Below are positions 13,009-26,402 of a DNA stretch of 64,000 nt, piece after piece. The position numbers and the translations under genes were made by a program. Source of the DNA: Paramecium tetraurelia (lineage: Eukaryota); contig CT868680.1 of assembly GCA_000165425.1 (NCBI GenBank), forward strand, positions 62,001-126,000, in the 5' to 3' direction. The notes below the pieces were generated by a model, which saw nothing but the letters and a program-made list of their open reading frames with translations, was not told where the DNA came from and made no database searches. Every line of letters starts with the position of its first letter. Position 1 is the stretch's first letter.

Positions 13009-14322
13009 ATGAACGAATAAGGCAGGTATAGTAAATTGAGTGAGGAGGAAGCAGCTGCTTAATTTGAGTTGAGGTAATGATTGTGATTTACTCAAGAAAA
13101 TAATAAATAATGGGCAATTTGTTGGAATAATATGAGAGTAGCCAAAAAAATAAAAAGACATCCAAAATATCAAAACCACAAGAAATAAATCAATAGGAAT
13201 TCATCGTGTTCAATCCTAAGAAACCATCGTTGAAGAACCCTAAGCCGAAATCAAAGCAATTGAAATTTGTTAAAGAAGAATCTCCAAAATAGAATTCTAC
13301 TCCTTATCCAGAAGCAGATGAAGAAAAGATTGAATAAAGTGTTGTGCCTACTCCAATTGCATAAACTCCCTCTATCGTTAAAATAGATAGTGGAAACTTA
13401 AAAAAAATATTGTTGAAAGATATTGGAAATATAGATTTGGAAATACAAAGATTAACAAGAGAAACGAAGGATTTTGAAATGGATAAATTAGCAAATAAAT
13501 CATAGTTTTCATATTAAACTTAAAGCACAAAAGAAGCTGCTTCTAGGAACAATCCTCGACAGACTTCTTCTTAGCTATAATAACAATCTAAAGTATACTA
13601 TGAATTAAGACAAAGACCATCAAGTAAAGAATCCCGCATTTCTGAATCATCATATACAAGAAAAGCAGAATGTTTCAAGGGAGTTCTAAGAAGTTCTAGC
13701 TTAAAAAAGCTACCTTAATAATAATAACAATAATAATAATAATAACAATAATAATAACAATAACAAGAATTAAAAAAAAATTAAAATTCATCTCAATAAA
13801 AAAATCCAAATGAAAAATAAACTGTGAACAAAACAGTAACAATAGAGTCAGAAAATAAAGAACCAACAAATAAGATTTCATAAAGTGAACGCAAAGTACC
13901 TAGACCAATGATCTAAATCAATAGAAGTTAATCAAAATAAGATTCACCTTATGTTGATAAAAAAACAACTCCTGTAAAGTCCATGTTGAAAGTGTAATTT
14001 AATTCAATTCCAATCGGATCCAATTCCACTAAAAATAACAGTGCATCTTATGTATGATTCAATCAATTATATTAGTTTCATCACCACAAAGAATCTTACA
14101 ATAGTTAAACTAGTTTTCAAAAAAATAAATGCGTTGAAGCATAAATAGAAGAAGCCTTTTAATTATACAATAACCTAAAGTTCTTAATGTAGAGTAAATC
14201 TAGTGTTTTATAGGTCAGAAAAGATGGAAATTAAATGCCTAGAAAAACCGTTGATTTTTTTGTAATAATTTATCATTTATTCATAGTAACATAAAGAAAT
14301 AGCTAAACCAACTTTATTCTGA
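13009..14322 (+). CDS. Hypothetical low-complexity protein with poly-Q tract
   Basis: MNEQGRYSKLSEEEAAAQFELR; tiny introns; 17 consecutive TAA/CAA codons at 13716-13766; TGA 14320-14322. Confidence 0.75.
13716..13766 (+). repeat. (TAA/CAA)17 trinucleotide repeat encoding poly-Gln
   Basis: In frame within the 13009-14322 gene. Confidence 0.85.
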
Positions 14323-14433
14323 TAAAACAATTTTGATCATATAAGTTTAGTATAATTTATTTCTAATTAACTATCAAAAGGAATAACAAATTTTTGTTAT
14401 ACTTTTTTTATTAGAACATTCAAAAGGAATAAT

Positions 14434-16428
14434 TCAAATTTTTAGAGCCTTCATGGCTTCTTACAATTGTGTTTCCTTTTCTTTACCTTTTGTAATTAAG
14501 TGTTGTCTCACTTTCTCATATTCATCGATGTCTTTTTCGTGAGATTTAATGATTTCGACAACTTCATTTGCAATATCCTATTTTGGTTTGAGAATGAAAC
14601 TATCAATTATATGAAACCTATTACCATTTACCAATAGGTTAATATGTCTTCTATTAATCAATGCTACCTAGTTCTTTTAATGTAATTTGACATTTCTGAA
14701 TGTTTCGCTTTAGCTGAGTCATTGAAGCCTCATATTGTCTGACTTTAGCTAAAGTGTTCATAACTTCCTTCTCCAACTCCATATACTGATGATACTATTA
14801 CTCTTTCTCCTTACTAATTTGCTACATATTAAAATTTAATTTAATTTAATCATTATTGTGATGGCCTTTTAGCTGTTCCAGGAATAATTGCAGATGAACG
14901 CCTTGCTTATTTCACTGATTGGGGATTCAAACTTATTTGGCTCGATCTCATATCCTAGATATCCATATTAGTATTTCTCTTGGTAAATTTATGATTGCCC
15001 GAATCCCTTTGTTTCTCTTCCATGATCGGCATCATATTGATGGCCTTATTGTTCATTAATACACTACCTCTCTTACCTTTGTTTTTAAGGGGATCCTCTT
15101 AGATCAATCTTTTTGGAGGACTACTTTTGGGTCTCTAGAAGTCTTTAAATAAAGGCACTCCATCTTCTCCATACTCTACCTCTAAGATCTTGTTTTCCAA
15201 AATTTCTTTACAAGATGGTCTATCATTAGGACTTGGAGATAACATCTTCTACAACAACATAGTAAGAGAATGACTTGAATTCAACTCCTATTCAACACCC
15301 ATCCAATCGATTTTCATTTCCATATTTGCTTATTTATTGGCAAAAAGGGGTTTGCCAATCAATAAATAATACAAAATGCAACCCAATGAAAATATATCAC
15401 ATTTTTCATTGTATGTTTTGGTTGGATCTGTCTCAGTTTCAAATACTTCAGGAGCCATGTAACCAGGTGTCCCCGTGTATTAATAGACATTGAGTTTTTC
15501 TTATACGACACTAGAAACACCGAAGTCACTGACCATTATGTTAGGCCCCATATGAATCAATCCATATCTTTTTAAGGGAACAAAATCTCTGAAGAGAATA
15601 TTATCTGGTTTCAAATCTCTATGCATTATGTTCTTCTCATGTAATCCAATGAGTCCCTCTACTATCTAACGGAATATCACTTTTGCTGATAAGAAAGGCA
15701 CTGGCCCATTTAGTACTTTGAGAGCATATTCAAGCGAGCCTCCTCTTGCTAAATCAATTATGAGATAGATCTATGCTTTATTCTCGTAAACTTCATGCAA
15801 GTTTATTAGGTTTGGATGATTGAGTTACCTCATGATTCTAATCTCATTTTCGACTTGTTCCTAAAGGAAATATTTTTTAAAATACTTTTCCTTTTGGATC
15901 TTAAAATAGTGTTTTCTTGTAAAATGCCTTGGCAGCATACATTTGACTATCGAATTTGGATTTTGCTTCGTAAACTGAGGCAAAAGTTCCTTTACCGATT
16001 AATTTAGAAATATCATAGTTCACTTAATAGTCGAGCATGTTTAACTTGTTCCTCAAATTGTCGAACCAATACATGGTTTAGAAGTTAAAGTTGTAAAATT
16101 CATTAGCATCTGTGTCATCTCTCTCCAAAGTAAATTTGTATATTTAAGTATGGAATTCATCACCTTTCATCTATTTTTGAGTTTGCTTATTAGCTTATTC
16201 GGCCTTTACGCTGAATCTCAAAGACGAAAGTGAAACCTTGTAAATCTTCTATTTCTACAAACTAAGCAATTGAGAAATTACATTTATTTTGTATATGTGC
16301 TCATCGCTACATAAAAGCAGCAGAACTGATTTGTGATTGGTGTTCTTGAAGAATTCAGTCTTGAAAATTATGTGTTCCTTTGCTGGTTCTGATTGACATT
16401 TTACGAACAATTTGTTGACAGATTGCAT
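14434..16428 (-). CDS. Ser/Thr protein kinase (CAMK group) with possible N-terminal PH-like region
   Basis: IGKGTFASV, YAAK, HRDLKPDN, DFG, GTPGYMAPE, CDIFSLG. Confidence 0.92.
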
Positions 16429-16726
16429 ATTAAAAAAATTAACCCATATACAAAAATTGATATGTCAATTATATTTATAATAAACTTATATGAGTGATTA
16501 TATAATGATGAATTTTAATGAGTACGATAATTTAACATGAACTCAACTTTCGCACTACTGATATAGAATTTATTTTTGGTTGCACTTTCAACTTATATGA
16601 ATTTAAAGATATTATATAAATTGAATTTTCAATTACTTTATTCTTTCCCTATATATTAATATTCAATTTATTTTTAGTTAATTTTTCAGAATTATTTATT
16701 AAATTACAAACTAATATTTAAATAAA

Positions 16727-18222
16727 TCAATCAATAATTATTGGATCCTTTGTTTGCTTAGTAACTTCAGTAATTTCAGCATTATTGTCCTTTCTTTTTT
16801 CTTTATCTACTGGAATAACATCCTATTGTAATGCTTTTTCTGTGTTTACTAATTGTTTTTTGGCTCTAATAAATTGAGTAATTTTAAAATTTTTGTTAGT
16901 TTCTGGTTGCTCAAATTTATATCCTTTGCGAACTCTAAAACAATAAATAATATTTTATTTACTGCTTTTATTTTTAGAAAATATTCTGATTTGTATCTTG
17001 AAACATGGTTTGGTTTATGATTTAATGATCTTATTCGGACAATTCAATCCCTAATTCTTGATTGATCTCCCTCTATTTTCTGCTGTCCATCATAATTGAT
17101 CTATACTCTTAGGATAATCGTTTTTCATCAGTGTAATTCTTTAGGAAAAACTCAAATCCCTAATAAGGTTGGATTATGTCTTACTCTCTATTTAATATGA
17201 TGAAGAGTCACCATATATTATGAAAATTAAGTGATATTATAAATTTTGCTGCTTTTTCCTGTGTTGTTCTTGACTACCTTCTGCAATAGAGCAGGTTGAA
17301 TGCTCTTAACAAATTGATGCATTTCATTGAAATTAGAGTGTAGTGAATAGGGAATGACATATCTTCTATTGTCTGGCATTTGATAACTCGTTGTATTAGC
17401 CCATCCAGTTGCAGTAATAGCAATAGTGTTTTTATCTTTGAGTCTCTCTTCCACCTCTCCTTTTCTAATGACTTCAATCCAGCCTTAAGTTTTATCAAGA
17501 GTGAAATATTCAACATAGAAATTCATAGCTGTCACAATCTCGTATCGCTATTCATTCACTACGATGACTGTGTCATAATGTTTAGCCAGTTCAACCATCA
17601 ATTCCTCCTTCCCTACTGAATCAACACACAAGAAAACTCTATTATTAGGGTTTTTGTCAATGATCTCACATAGCATTTTAAAGGCTTCATCTCTATTTGG
17701 GAACTTAAAGATTGGATCACAGTAGGTGTTATCCAGAATTAGTTCATCAATATCAATGGAACACTTTCCATTTTCATTTGAAATATTTTGAGGAGGGTAA
17801 AGTTGCGGGTTCTTTGGGATCATCTCCATATTAAATCTCATATCTCCAGTGTGTAAAATGGTTCCGAAGTAACCCTAAAAAAGAATCATCACAGCTCCAG
17901 GACAATGGTTGGCGTCTAAAAAGGTTACTTTTACTTTATATTTTTTGCAGAGTTCTATTTCAGTTGGTGTTTTCATCGGGATAGTCATCTAAAGTTAATA
18001 AGATATTAGTAATACCACGCCTTTGACTCCAGGGAACTTAACTAATAGAAGAGCTTTGGTGACTGTGGAACAAAATATTTATCCGTAATCCCAGCCATTG
18101 CTTATTCCTTAGTAATGATCAGAGTGCATGTGGGTTAAGAAATAGATGTATCGTTTAAGGGGATTTCGTCTTGCATATCCAAAATCATCAACAATAATGT
18201 TGGTGTATGAAATTAATACCAT
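16727..18222 (-). CDS. SNM1/Apollo-type beta-CASP metallo-beta-lactamase nuclease
   Basis: FLTHMHSDH, DANHCPGAVMILF, HTGDMR, LDNTYC, VGKEEL, IPYSLHS. Confidence 0.92.
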
Positions 18223-18238
18223 TTATATTTATAAAAAA

Positions 18239-21200
18239 ATGGACGAACTAAATAATAGACAAACTCCAAAATTACGATTTCGACAATAATAAGTGTAATA
18301 GAAAGCCATAGAAGTAAATAGCATTGAAATATTTAGAGTGATCCAAAACAAACACAAATTGCTAGATTGCCATCAGGTTCAAAAAATGCAATTGCTCTAC
18401 CTCGTTTGGATAGTAGAGCTGCCACTTAATCCTTGGTCATGAAAGATGTGGACAAAGAGATGAATTAATTGGAACTGAGTAGTAAAGTCAGGGATTTAGA
18501 GATTTTGATGATAGATTTCAAAGCTAATATTGAAAGAAGGATATAGAAGACTATCGAGGATAATCCATAAAAGTATATGCAATCGATAAAGCAACTGGAA
18601 TCATAGGAAATGCATTTGTGGAAACAAGTGAATGACAAACAGGCCATACTTCAAGATGCAATAAGTCAGTTACGAAATTAAGGAGAGAAGAATAGAGACA
18701 ATCTCTCTTAGATGATCCTTGATTTATAAAAGAAGTGCAATGATCAGGAACTCAAATTGGGTGCCTTAATCAATCAATAGGAAGGCATTGAATTGAAATT
18801 AAATGTTTCCAAACCCACTTCTATATAACCAGTACCTGACAATCTTGAGGTTAAATTATTGAGAGAAGCATTCAACAACGAGAAAACACACAGAGATGTG
18901 ATAGTAGAAGACTTGTAAAAGTAATGGCAAGATTTCCACTACAGATTGGTTAAACAGGAATCAGATTTTTACAATAAATTGAAATAACAAAGAGAGGAGT
19001 TCTTAGAATAAAATGAGAAAACTAAGGTCAGCATCAAGGCCTTAGATAATATGAAATTGGCCAAAATCAATTAGGATTAGGATTACATCAAGAATCTGAT
19101 TGGAAGTGTAGAGGCCAGAATTGCTGATGAAGTTGAAAGGCGTTTAAAGAGTGAATTCGATCAAAGGAATCAATTGGAAAATAAAATATAAGCATTCAAA
19201 GAGGAAATAAGAAATGATGAAAAATAAATCCTATTGGGAGAACAAAAATTTATGAAATAGATGCATGACAGTGTTTCATCATTAAATTAAATTATTAAGA
19301 ATACAAAGGAATAATTAGAAGCTAATTTGGCTGCATCCCAAACCATTGTTACTGAAAACATCAAGTCTATCTCTAAAACAGTTGATATGATTAGAGAATC
19401 ATCATTGGCTAAGGTGGCTTTGATTGAACAAGGCTAAAAAGAATTAAATTTCAGAGTTGGTGAAACTAGGTAAATGATGCATGAACATGCTAACTTAATT
19501 AATAATAGTCTTCAGAAAGAATTTTAGAGGTAACAAGACTAGTTATAGGGTTATGAATCTTAGATGCAAAAGAGTATTGAAATTTAAAATAAGTTATTGA
19601 ATGATGAAAGAACATTGAATGAAGATTGGAAAAAGCAGTTTGCACAGAAAAACTTAGTTATTTTTACTGAAGTTAGTACAAATCTTAAGAACATCAAAGG
19701 AGACTAAATTAAAGATAAGAATGAACTCCAAGAGGGTCTCAAAAAGATTACTAATGATGTTGAAAATAATGATAAAAAATAACTTTAATTGATGAAAAAT
19801 CTAGATCAAAAGGTAAATTAAGGATTAAATTCTTAAGAATTCAAATTGGATTAGTTAAGAATAGAGCTTTCTGAAATCATTAAAAATATACAATTACAAT
19901 ACAATATCTAAATGCATGAATAGATACAATTTGCCATTGAGACTGCTAAAAAGGATGCTACTCAGTAAGTTTTAGAGTCTTCATAACAAATCAATGATAG
20001 AATCACTAGAGAAATAGAAATGGCTGATTAATAAACAAATGCAAAATTAGACAGTTTGTCAATTTAAATGAAGGATCTAATTAGAAACAGAGAAGAATAT
20101 ATTTTACAAAGACTATAATCTATGATTGATGAAGAGAAGGAACTTAGACAGAGACTGTAAGAATTGATTGAGAAATATGGAGATATGGTTAGAAAATTGA
20201 AGGAAGATCTGGATTATGAAATGTAGCAGTTGAGAAGGGATTAGGACGAGAAATTGAATGAGGCCATCTAAAAGATTGAAAGAGATTATTCAGAAAAGGT
20301 CAAAGATATTGAGAGGTAACTTAAATAAGAAATTCTGAATTCAGAAAATAGAATGTAAACAAAGTTGGATGTGTTAAGCTTAGAATTTTCTAAGACTATG
20401 GAATAGATGAAACTTTATATTAAAAAAATAGAGAATACTCTAAAATCATATGTTCAATAAGAATTAGAATAAACTAAACATGACTTAAAAATGATGATTA
20501 AAGGCATTGAAGATGATGTATTTAAGTTAAGAATTTGGACAATTCAATAAATGGAAAAAATGGATTCAGCCATGAAGGAGATCCATATATAAATATAAAC
20601 TGAAATGTATCTGGAAAGAATGTACACAATGACCACACTTGAAAACTTCTAAGAACATCTTATCAATGTAATGAATAAAGAAAAGTAAGACAGGTTGTAG
20701 TGGCAATTCTCAATGGAGAATTAACTCAATCAATTGGATATGTCATTAAATAATAAAATTGATTCTGTTTAGAATAATTTACAATAGTAATTGGATGATG
20801 TTAATGCTGAGTTTAAATAGGCTGTTCAAAAATTGAATGAATAAATAAATGAATAGCTTGGCAAATTAGAAGAAGATTTCAATTAAAAATTAAATGATGT
20901 GCATGAGCAAGTAAAATAAGCAGCAAAGGATTTAGAGGATAAAATCAACTAGTAGATGGACAAGATGAACGAAGAGATTAATTAATAATTGACTCAATTT
21001 AAAAATGATGTGGAGAATTAGTTTTAAGAATTAACTGAAAAAATTAAACAAGATCTATAAGATTTATTTGATGAAATTAATTAGAAAGTTAATAACTTAA
21101 GAGTAGACACACAAAATGGGTTGACTCAAGTTGTTAAATTATAGACAACATTAGGAAATCAATTGAAATCATAAATTGATGAGAGTTTTGCGTATTTCTA

Positions 21201-22983
21201 GTCAAAGTTTTATCTGATGGAATAAATTCGTTAGGCTAATGAAGAACTAGATAAGGAGAGACACACAGGCATTATAGGAAAGTTATAATTGTTAGTTAAG
21301 GAAATGGAGAGATTGGAGCAGAAGAAGAACTAAATAAAAAAAGATTTGAATGATTTCGTTAAGGGAGTTTAGAATAACTTTAATAATATTACTGATGCCA
21401 TCAAGGCTCATGGGCAATTCTTAAATGAATTAGATTCCAAATTAACAATTGAATTACTGTTGTAATAGACCATCAACGAAGCTTAAGAATATAAATTATA
21501 AGCCTAATTAATTGAAATGAATAAAAATTCAGAAGGCAAAATTTAAGAATTAGAAGAGAAATTAACGAATTTCGATACCACCATTCACAATTAACTTGAA
21601 CAAATTCAAGTTGATTAGGAGGAAACAAATAATAGAATTGAAACAGAATAAAAAAATCATTAAGAGTAGATAAAAATGCAAGAAGAACAATTAAAAATTT
21701 AAGAGGATCAATTAAAAACTCAAGATGAATAACTAAAACTTAGCTTTGTTTAATTACAATAGATTGTAGGTAATATATAGTTAATGAAAACTATGAATGG
21801 GGCCATGGAAATAAATCTATCTGATTATGTGAAGACTTAAATTTAGCAAACTTTGGAGTTAATTTTGAAAAATAATTAGACTAATTTAGATAACATGGTG
21901 AAATAAGAAAAAAATATCAAATTGTTGATTGAGGGTAAAATTGGATAATAAAATCAAAATTTGAAATAGATAACTGATTATGTTGATAAAATAGTTTAGG
22001 ATACTACTTAGATGTAAGTGGATGTAAACACTGAATTTGAAAAAGTTAATGATAAAATTTAATTACTATAGAAGGAATAAGGTTAAGGTTAAAGTTAATC
22101 CAAAGATTTGGATTAGAATATGGTGGCTTATGGAATAGCTTTAGACACTGTTAAAAAAGATTTAGAAGGCGAAATTAAAAGACTGTAGACATAGATTGAT
22201 AATTTAGGATAAAATGTTGCATTTTAAAAAACAGGAAATTAAGATAAGAACTAGCCATAGTCTGACAATAAAATGAAGGAAATGGAAATTAGAATCAATG
22301 ATATTGAATAGGATTTCTAGAAATAGGGAACAGATATAGAATCACTTAAAAACCAAGTTAAAACTCTATAATCCAATAAATAGATTTAATCTCCAGTATC
22401 ATAGACTCCAAATAATAAAAGTTAAAATAACCAACAACAAATGGACATGTTTGCTAAAGAAATTGATAGAATTGATTAAGAGATTAATAAGCTCAAGAAT
22501 CAAATCTCTAAATTAGGTTCTGGAGTAGCTGGTGGAGCTGCAGTCAATAATTCAGATGCTACAAAAGAAATCTAAGAGTTAAAAAGTTATGTAGAAGATT
22601 TTGAAAAAGGAGTTACTACAGAAATATAAAACTTTAGAACTGAAGTAGAAAGCATGAAGAAAAATAAAAGTGGTAGTGCTGCTACTGGAATTACAGCAGA
22701 GGAATTTGGTCAATTTTAAAGTTAATTAGATGAAGAATTTAATAAATATGATGGATAGATTTAACAATTAAATGAAGAGATCTAGGTTGTTAAGAATTAA
22801 TCAACAGTAATAATATATTGAATTATTAAATAGGGAGGTGCTGGAAAAGCTGGAGATAATAAATTAATTGAAGGAAGACTTAAACTTATGGAATAAAAAC
22901 TTTTGGATCTTGAAGGAGAAATAACTTAAATGCAGGATGTTATTGATGAACACGACGGTAAACTTAATGATATTGCAAAATGA
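18239..22983 (+). CDS. Very large coiled-coil protein (about 1550 aa)
   Basis: Continuous Q/E/K/L-rich heptad frame with few tiny introns; TGA 22981-22983. Confidence 0.85.
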
Positions 22984-23079
22984 AATTACATATAATTAAT
23001 TAATTTATTTATTGCGTGTATTGGAGTTGGTTGTATTTCATTGAAATTAAAAAAAGTTTCTTTTTAAAACATTAAAATA

Positions 23080-23951
23080 ATGGCTTAAGAAATTAAGGAA
23101 TTTCTTAATAGGAAGGATTACTATGAAATATTGGGAGTGTCAAAATCAGCCACTGATGAAGAGCTCAAGAAGGCTTATAGAAAATTAGCTTTGAAATTCC
23201 ACCCTGATAAAAACTAAAATGAAGGAGCTCAAGAAGCATTCAAACGTGTTGCTTAAGCATATAATTGTCTTTCAAATCCTGATAAAAAGAGAGTTTATGA
23301 TCAATATGGAACAGAAAAACCAGAAAATTAACGCTACCAGCACCACTAAGATTAAAATGGATATTATTATGAGTAATCTTATGGTGATGACTTTGCTAAT
23401 GTACAAATACAATAATAAAGATTAGGAAATCTTTAGAGCTTTTTTTGGTCCACAAAGAGGCCATCCTTAAAATAGACAGCATCAAAATGGTTAAGTCAAT
23501 ATGTAATTTCTGCAATTTCTTCCTATATTAATGTTGATACTTTTATCATCATAAGGGTTTTTGTCGTTATTTTAAAAAGCTCCCATTTATTCTTTCTAAA
23601 GGTCGTATGAATACCCAACTTCCTAAACCACTAAAACACTATAAGTAGGATTTATTTATTATAATAAAGGTCAAATATTTTGTTGCATCAAATTTCAAGG
23701 AAGAAGTCTCAACAAAGGAAAAACTAAGAGAAATTGAATTGGAAATTGAATAGTAATATGTAAATTAGTTAAAGCGAGATTGCAATAATGTTGAATACAA
23801 AAGATCAATGTATGAAAGCTATGCAAACAGAGCTTTTTATCAAAAAGATCGTGATTCATATCGAAATGCTATCAGAAGATTAGACTTCTCTTCATGTGAT
23901 TAATTAGATGATCATCGAAGAACTATTCCTAGATTTGATCAATTATATTGA
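23080..23951 (+). CDS. DnaJ protein, DNAJB12/14-like (J domain, TM, DUF1977-like tail)
   Basis: [56 protein letters not shown]...SSCDQL. Confidence 0.9.
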
Positions 23952-24281
23952 TTTTTAATTAATATATCAAAATTTTAGAAGTAAATTCTAAATTATCAAT
24001 CTAAAAACATATATAATAACACATTCCTGAATGTAGTTTGTTAAAATTTTATTTAAGAAATTCATTTCATCCCATTTTTATTGTAAGATATAAATCTTTA
24101 TTTTATTCATTAAAAACTATTATAAATATACTCTTAAAGATAATTTGGAAATTCAATTCTTGTTGTTATGAATATTGGTCTTATTTATACATGTTGTTGA
24201 TCAAAATAAAAGAGGATAATTCGAATTACATTAATTATATTGAATTAAATATAATATTATATATTAATAAGACCGATAAAA

Positions 24282-25029
24282 ATGGATTATAAGCAATAGT
24301 ATGATGAAATGTGCCAAAAATATTAGTAAATGGAAGAGGAATACAATCAGTTTATAGAAGAAAGCCAAATTTTGGAAGATCAATAATAAAAAACAATTGA
24401 GACTTTAAATAAACAACTTGCATAGACATAAAATTAGTTATTGCAATAAAAAGAAGAAACATAAAGAGCGAGAGTAATAAATATTATCAATTATTAAGAG
24501 TGAATTATAATAAACTCAAAACCAATTGGAGAAGCAATTAAATAAAAAGGAAACTCAGATTGCAGAATTTTAAAAAAATGTGCAAAGCCTTAAATTATAA
24601 ATCATAGACTTAGAAGTTGATTAAGATCTCAATAACAATAAGATTAGGTACTTATGTTTATTAAAAGAAGGTAGCTCGAAGAAACCAATAAGGACTTAGA
24701 AATTAAATTAGATAAAGTCTTAGAGTAATTAGCAATGGCATAAACTGATTAAGAGGCTAACAAGATTTAGTCTTCGGAAGAAATCGAGCGTCTGAAGCAA
24801 ACATTAAAAGGTTGAATAACAATTAATTTTAGAAAATCAAGACGAGTTATTTGCTGCAAAGAATCAAAGAGTTTGTGTTACAACAACGATTCCAGAAGTT
24901 GTGAAAATGCCAAAGATTGATTCTTTAAGAGCAAATGCAGCTGGATTTAACAAAAGTCTGACTTTAATATAGGCTTTGATTAAAGATCTTGATGACAAAA
25001 TGACATTAATTAGATAACCTAAGGCATGA
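24282..25029 (+). CDS. NudE/NDEL1-like coiled-coil protein
   Basis: MEEEYNQFIEESQILEDQ, QIIDLEVDQD, DLEIKLDKVLEQLAM, EEIERLKQ resemble the NudE coiled coil; three tiny introns. Confidence 0.7.
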
Positions 25030-25674
25030 GTAATTATGCATTTTTTTCTTATTTTATAGATAAAGTTAATTCAAAGTTATTATTAAACAATTTCCAATTC
25101 AATAAAACTATCCTTTCCTATAAAAATGAATTTTTCAAATAAGACATCATTTTTAAAGATTAGTAAATTTTTTACTTATATAAATTATAAATATGAAATA
25201 TAATCTACAATAGAAATTATGTTTGGCTGTGATTATTAGTTCCTTATTAAGATTAATCTTAAAATTTAAAGAAGTAATTTATTGAAAGTTCCAAATACTT
25301 TACGATAGATTTATCTAATCATAAGAGCAGAAATGCTAATTATGGAATTATATAAATTTTGAATAGCAAAGATTATAAAATTAAGAATTGATTGATATAT
25401 CTTTCTTAATTGGTTTGAATAAAATCAATAAATTAAATTGGTTCTTAATAATTATAAAGTAAATTATTGAGTTTAATCATATTCAGATTAGTATCAATAT
25501 AATAAAATAATTGTTATATATGAAATTAAGTTATATTATGGCCAGATCATCTTCAATTTCCCTAAAACGAAGATGAACTTTGAGTTATTTTTTTTATTTT
25601 TAAAAGTTCAGCAATAATTTAAAATAAAATAGCCACTTATTTAATTTCATACAACTTTTATAAGAATTTTAATC

Positions 25675-26193
25675 ATGAATTTATAGGAACTAAGTAGAAT
25701 AATTATTTTAAATTTATGAGTAAATTACAATCAGCAGAACCTGTTCAAAAAGAAAAAAAGAGAATAATTTTTGGATCCAGANNNNNNNNNNNNNNNNNNN
25801 NNNNNNNNNNNNNNNNNNNNNNNNNNNNNNNNNNNNNNNNNNNNNNNNNNNNNNNNNNNNNNNNNNNNNNNNNNNNNNNNNNNNNNNNNNNNNNNNNNNN
25901 NNNNNNNNNNNNNNNNNNNNNNNNNNNNNNNNNNNNTTCAAAAAGAAAAAAAAGGGAATAGTTTTTGGATTCCAGACACAAATGATATTCCAATAAAAAA
26001 AAAAGTTAAAACAGTTGATAAAGTCAGTATAAGAGCACCTTTTGCTGATATTTTATCCATCGATGAAGACTTTAGTGAAAGTAGCGATATTTTAAATGGA
26101 ATCAGAACAAAGTTTATACATGATGTTCCAAATTTAGATTCCCCTATTATAATTTGTAAACAAGATAATAAGGAGGATTCCTAACTATTTTGA
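25675..26193 (+). CDS. Hypothetical protein interrupted by assembly gap
   Basis: Open frame on both sides of the N run (…SAEPVQKEKK / QKEKKGNSFWIPDTNDIPIKKK…); both ends uncertain. Confidence 0.45.
25782..25936. other. Assembly gap (155 N)
   Basis: Run of N. Confidence 1.
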
Positions 26194-26402
26194 TTATTTG
26201 ATTTCATGTTTGTATATAGTTCATAGATTTATTATAATTGACTGAAAAATACACACGCTCAGCTATTAGGAAAATAGAATAGCAGTCCATATAATTTTCT
26301 GATTCCCTATCAAATTCAATATAAAATGGTTCTATTTAACATTCTTAGTAATTTGATAAAAAATTAAGTTTAATATCATTAAATTATAAGTATATTTTCA
26401 AT

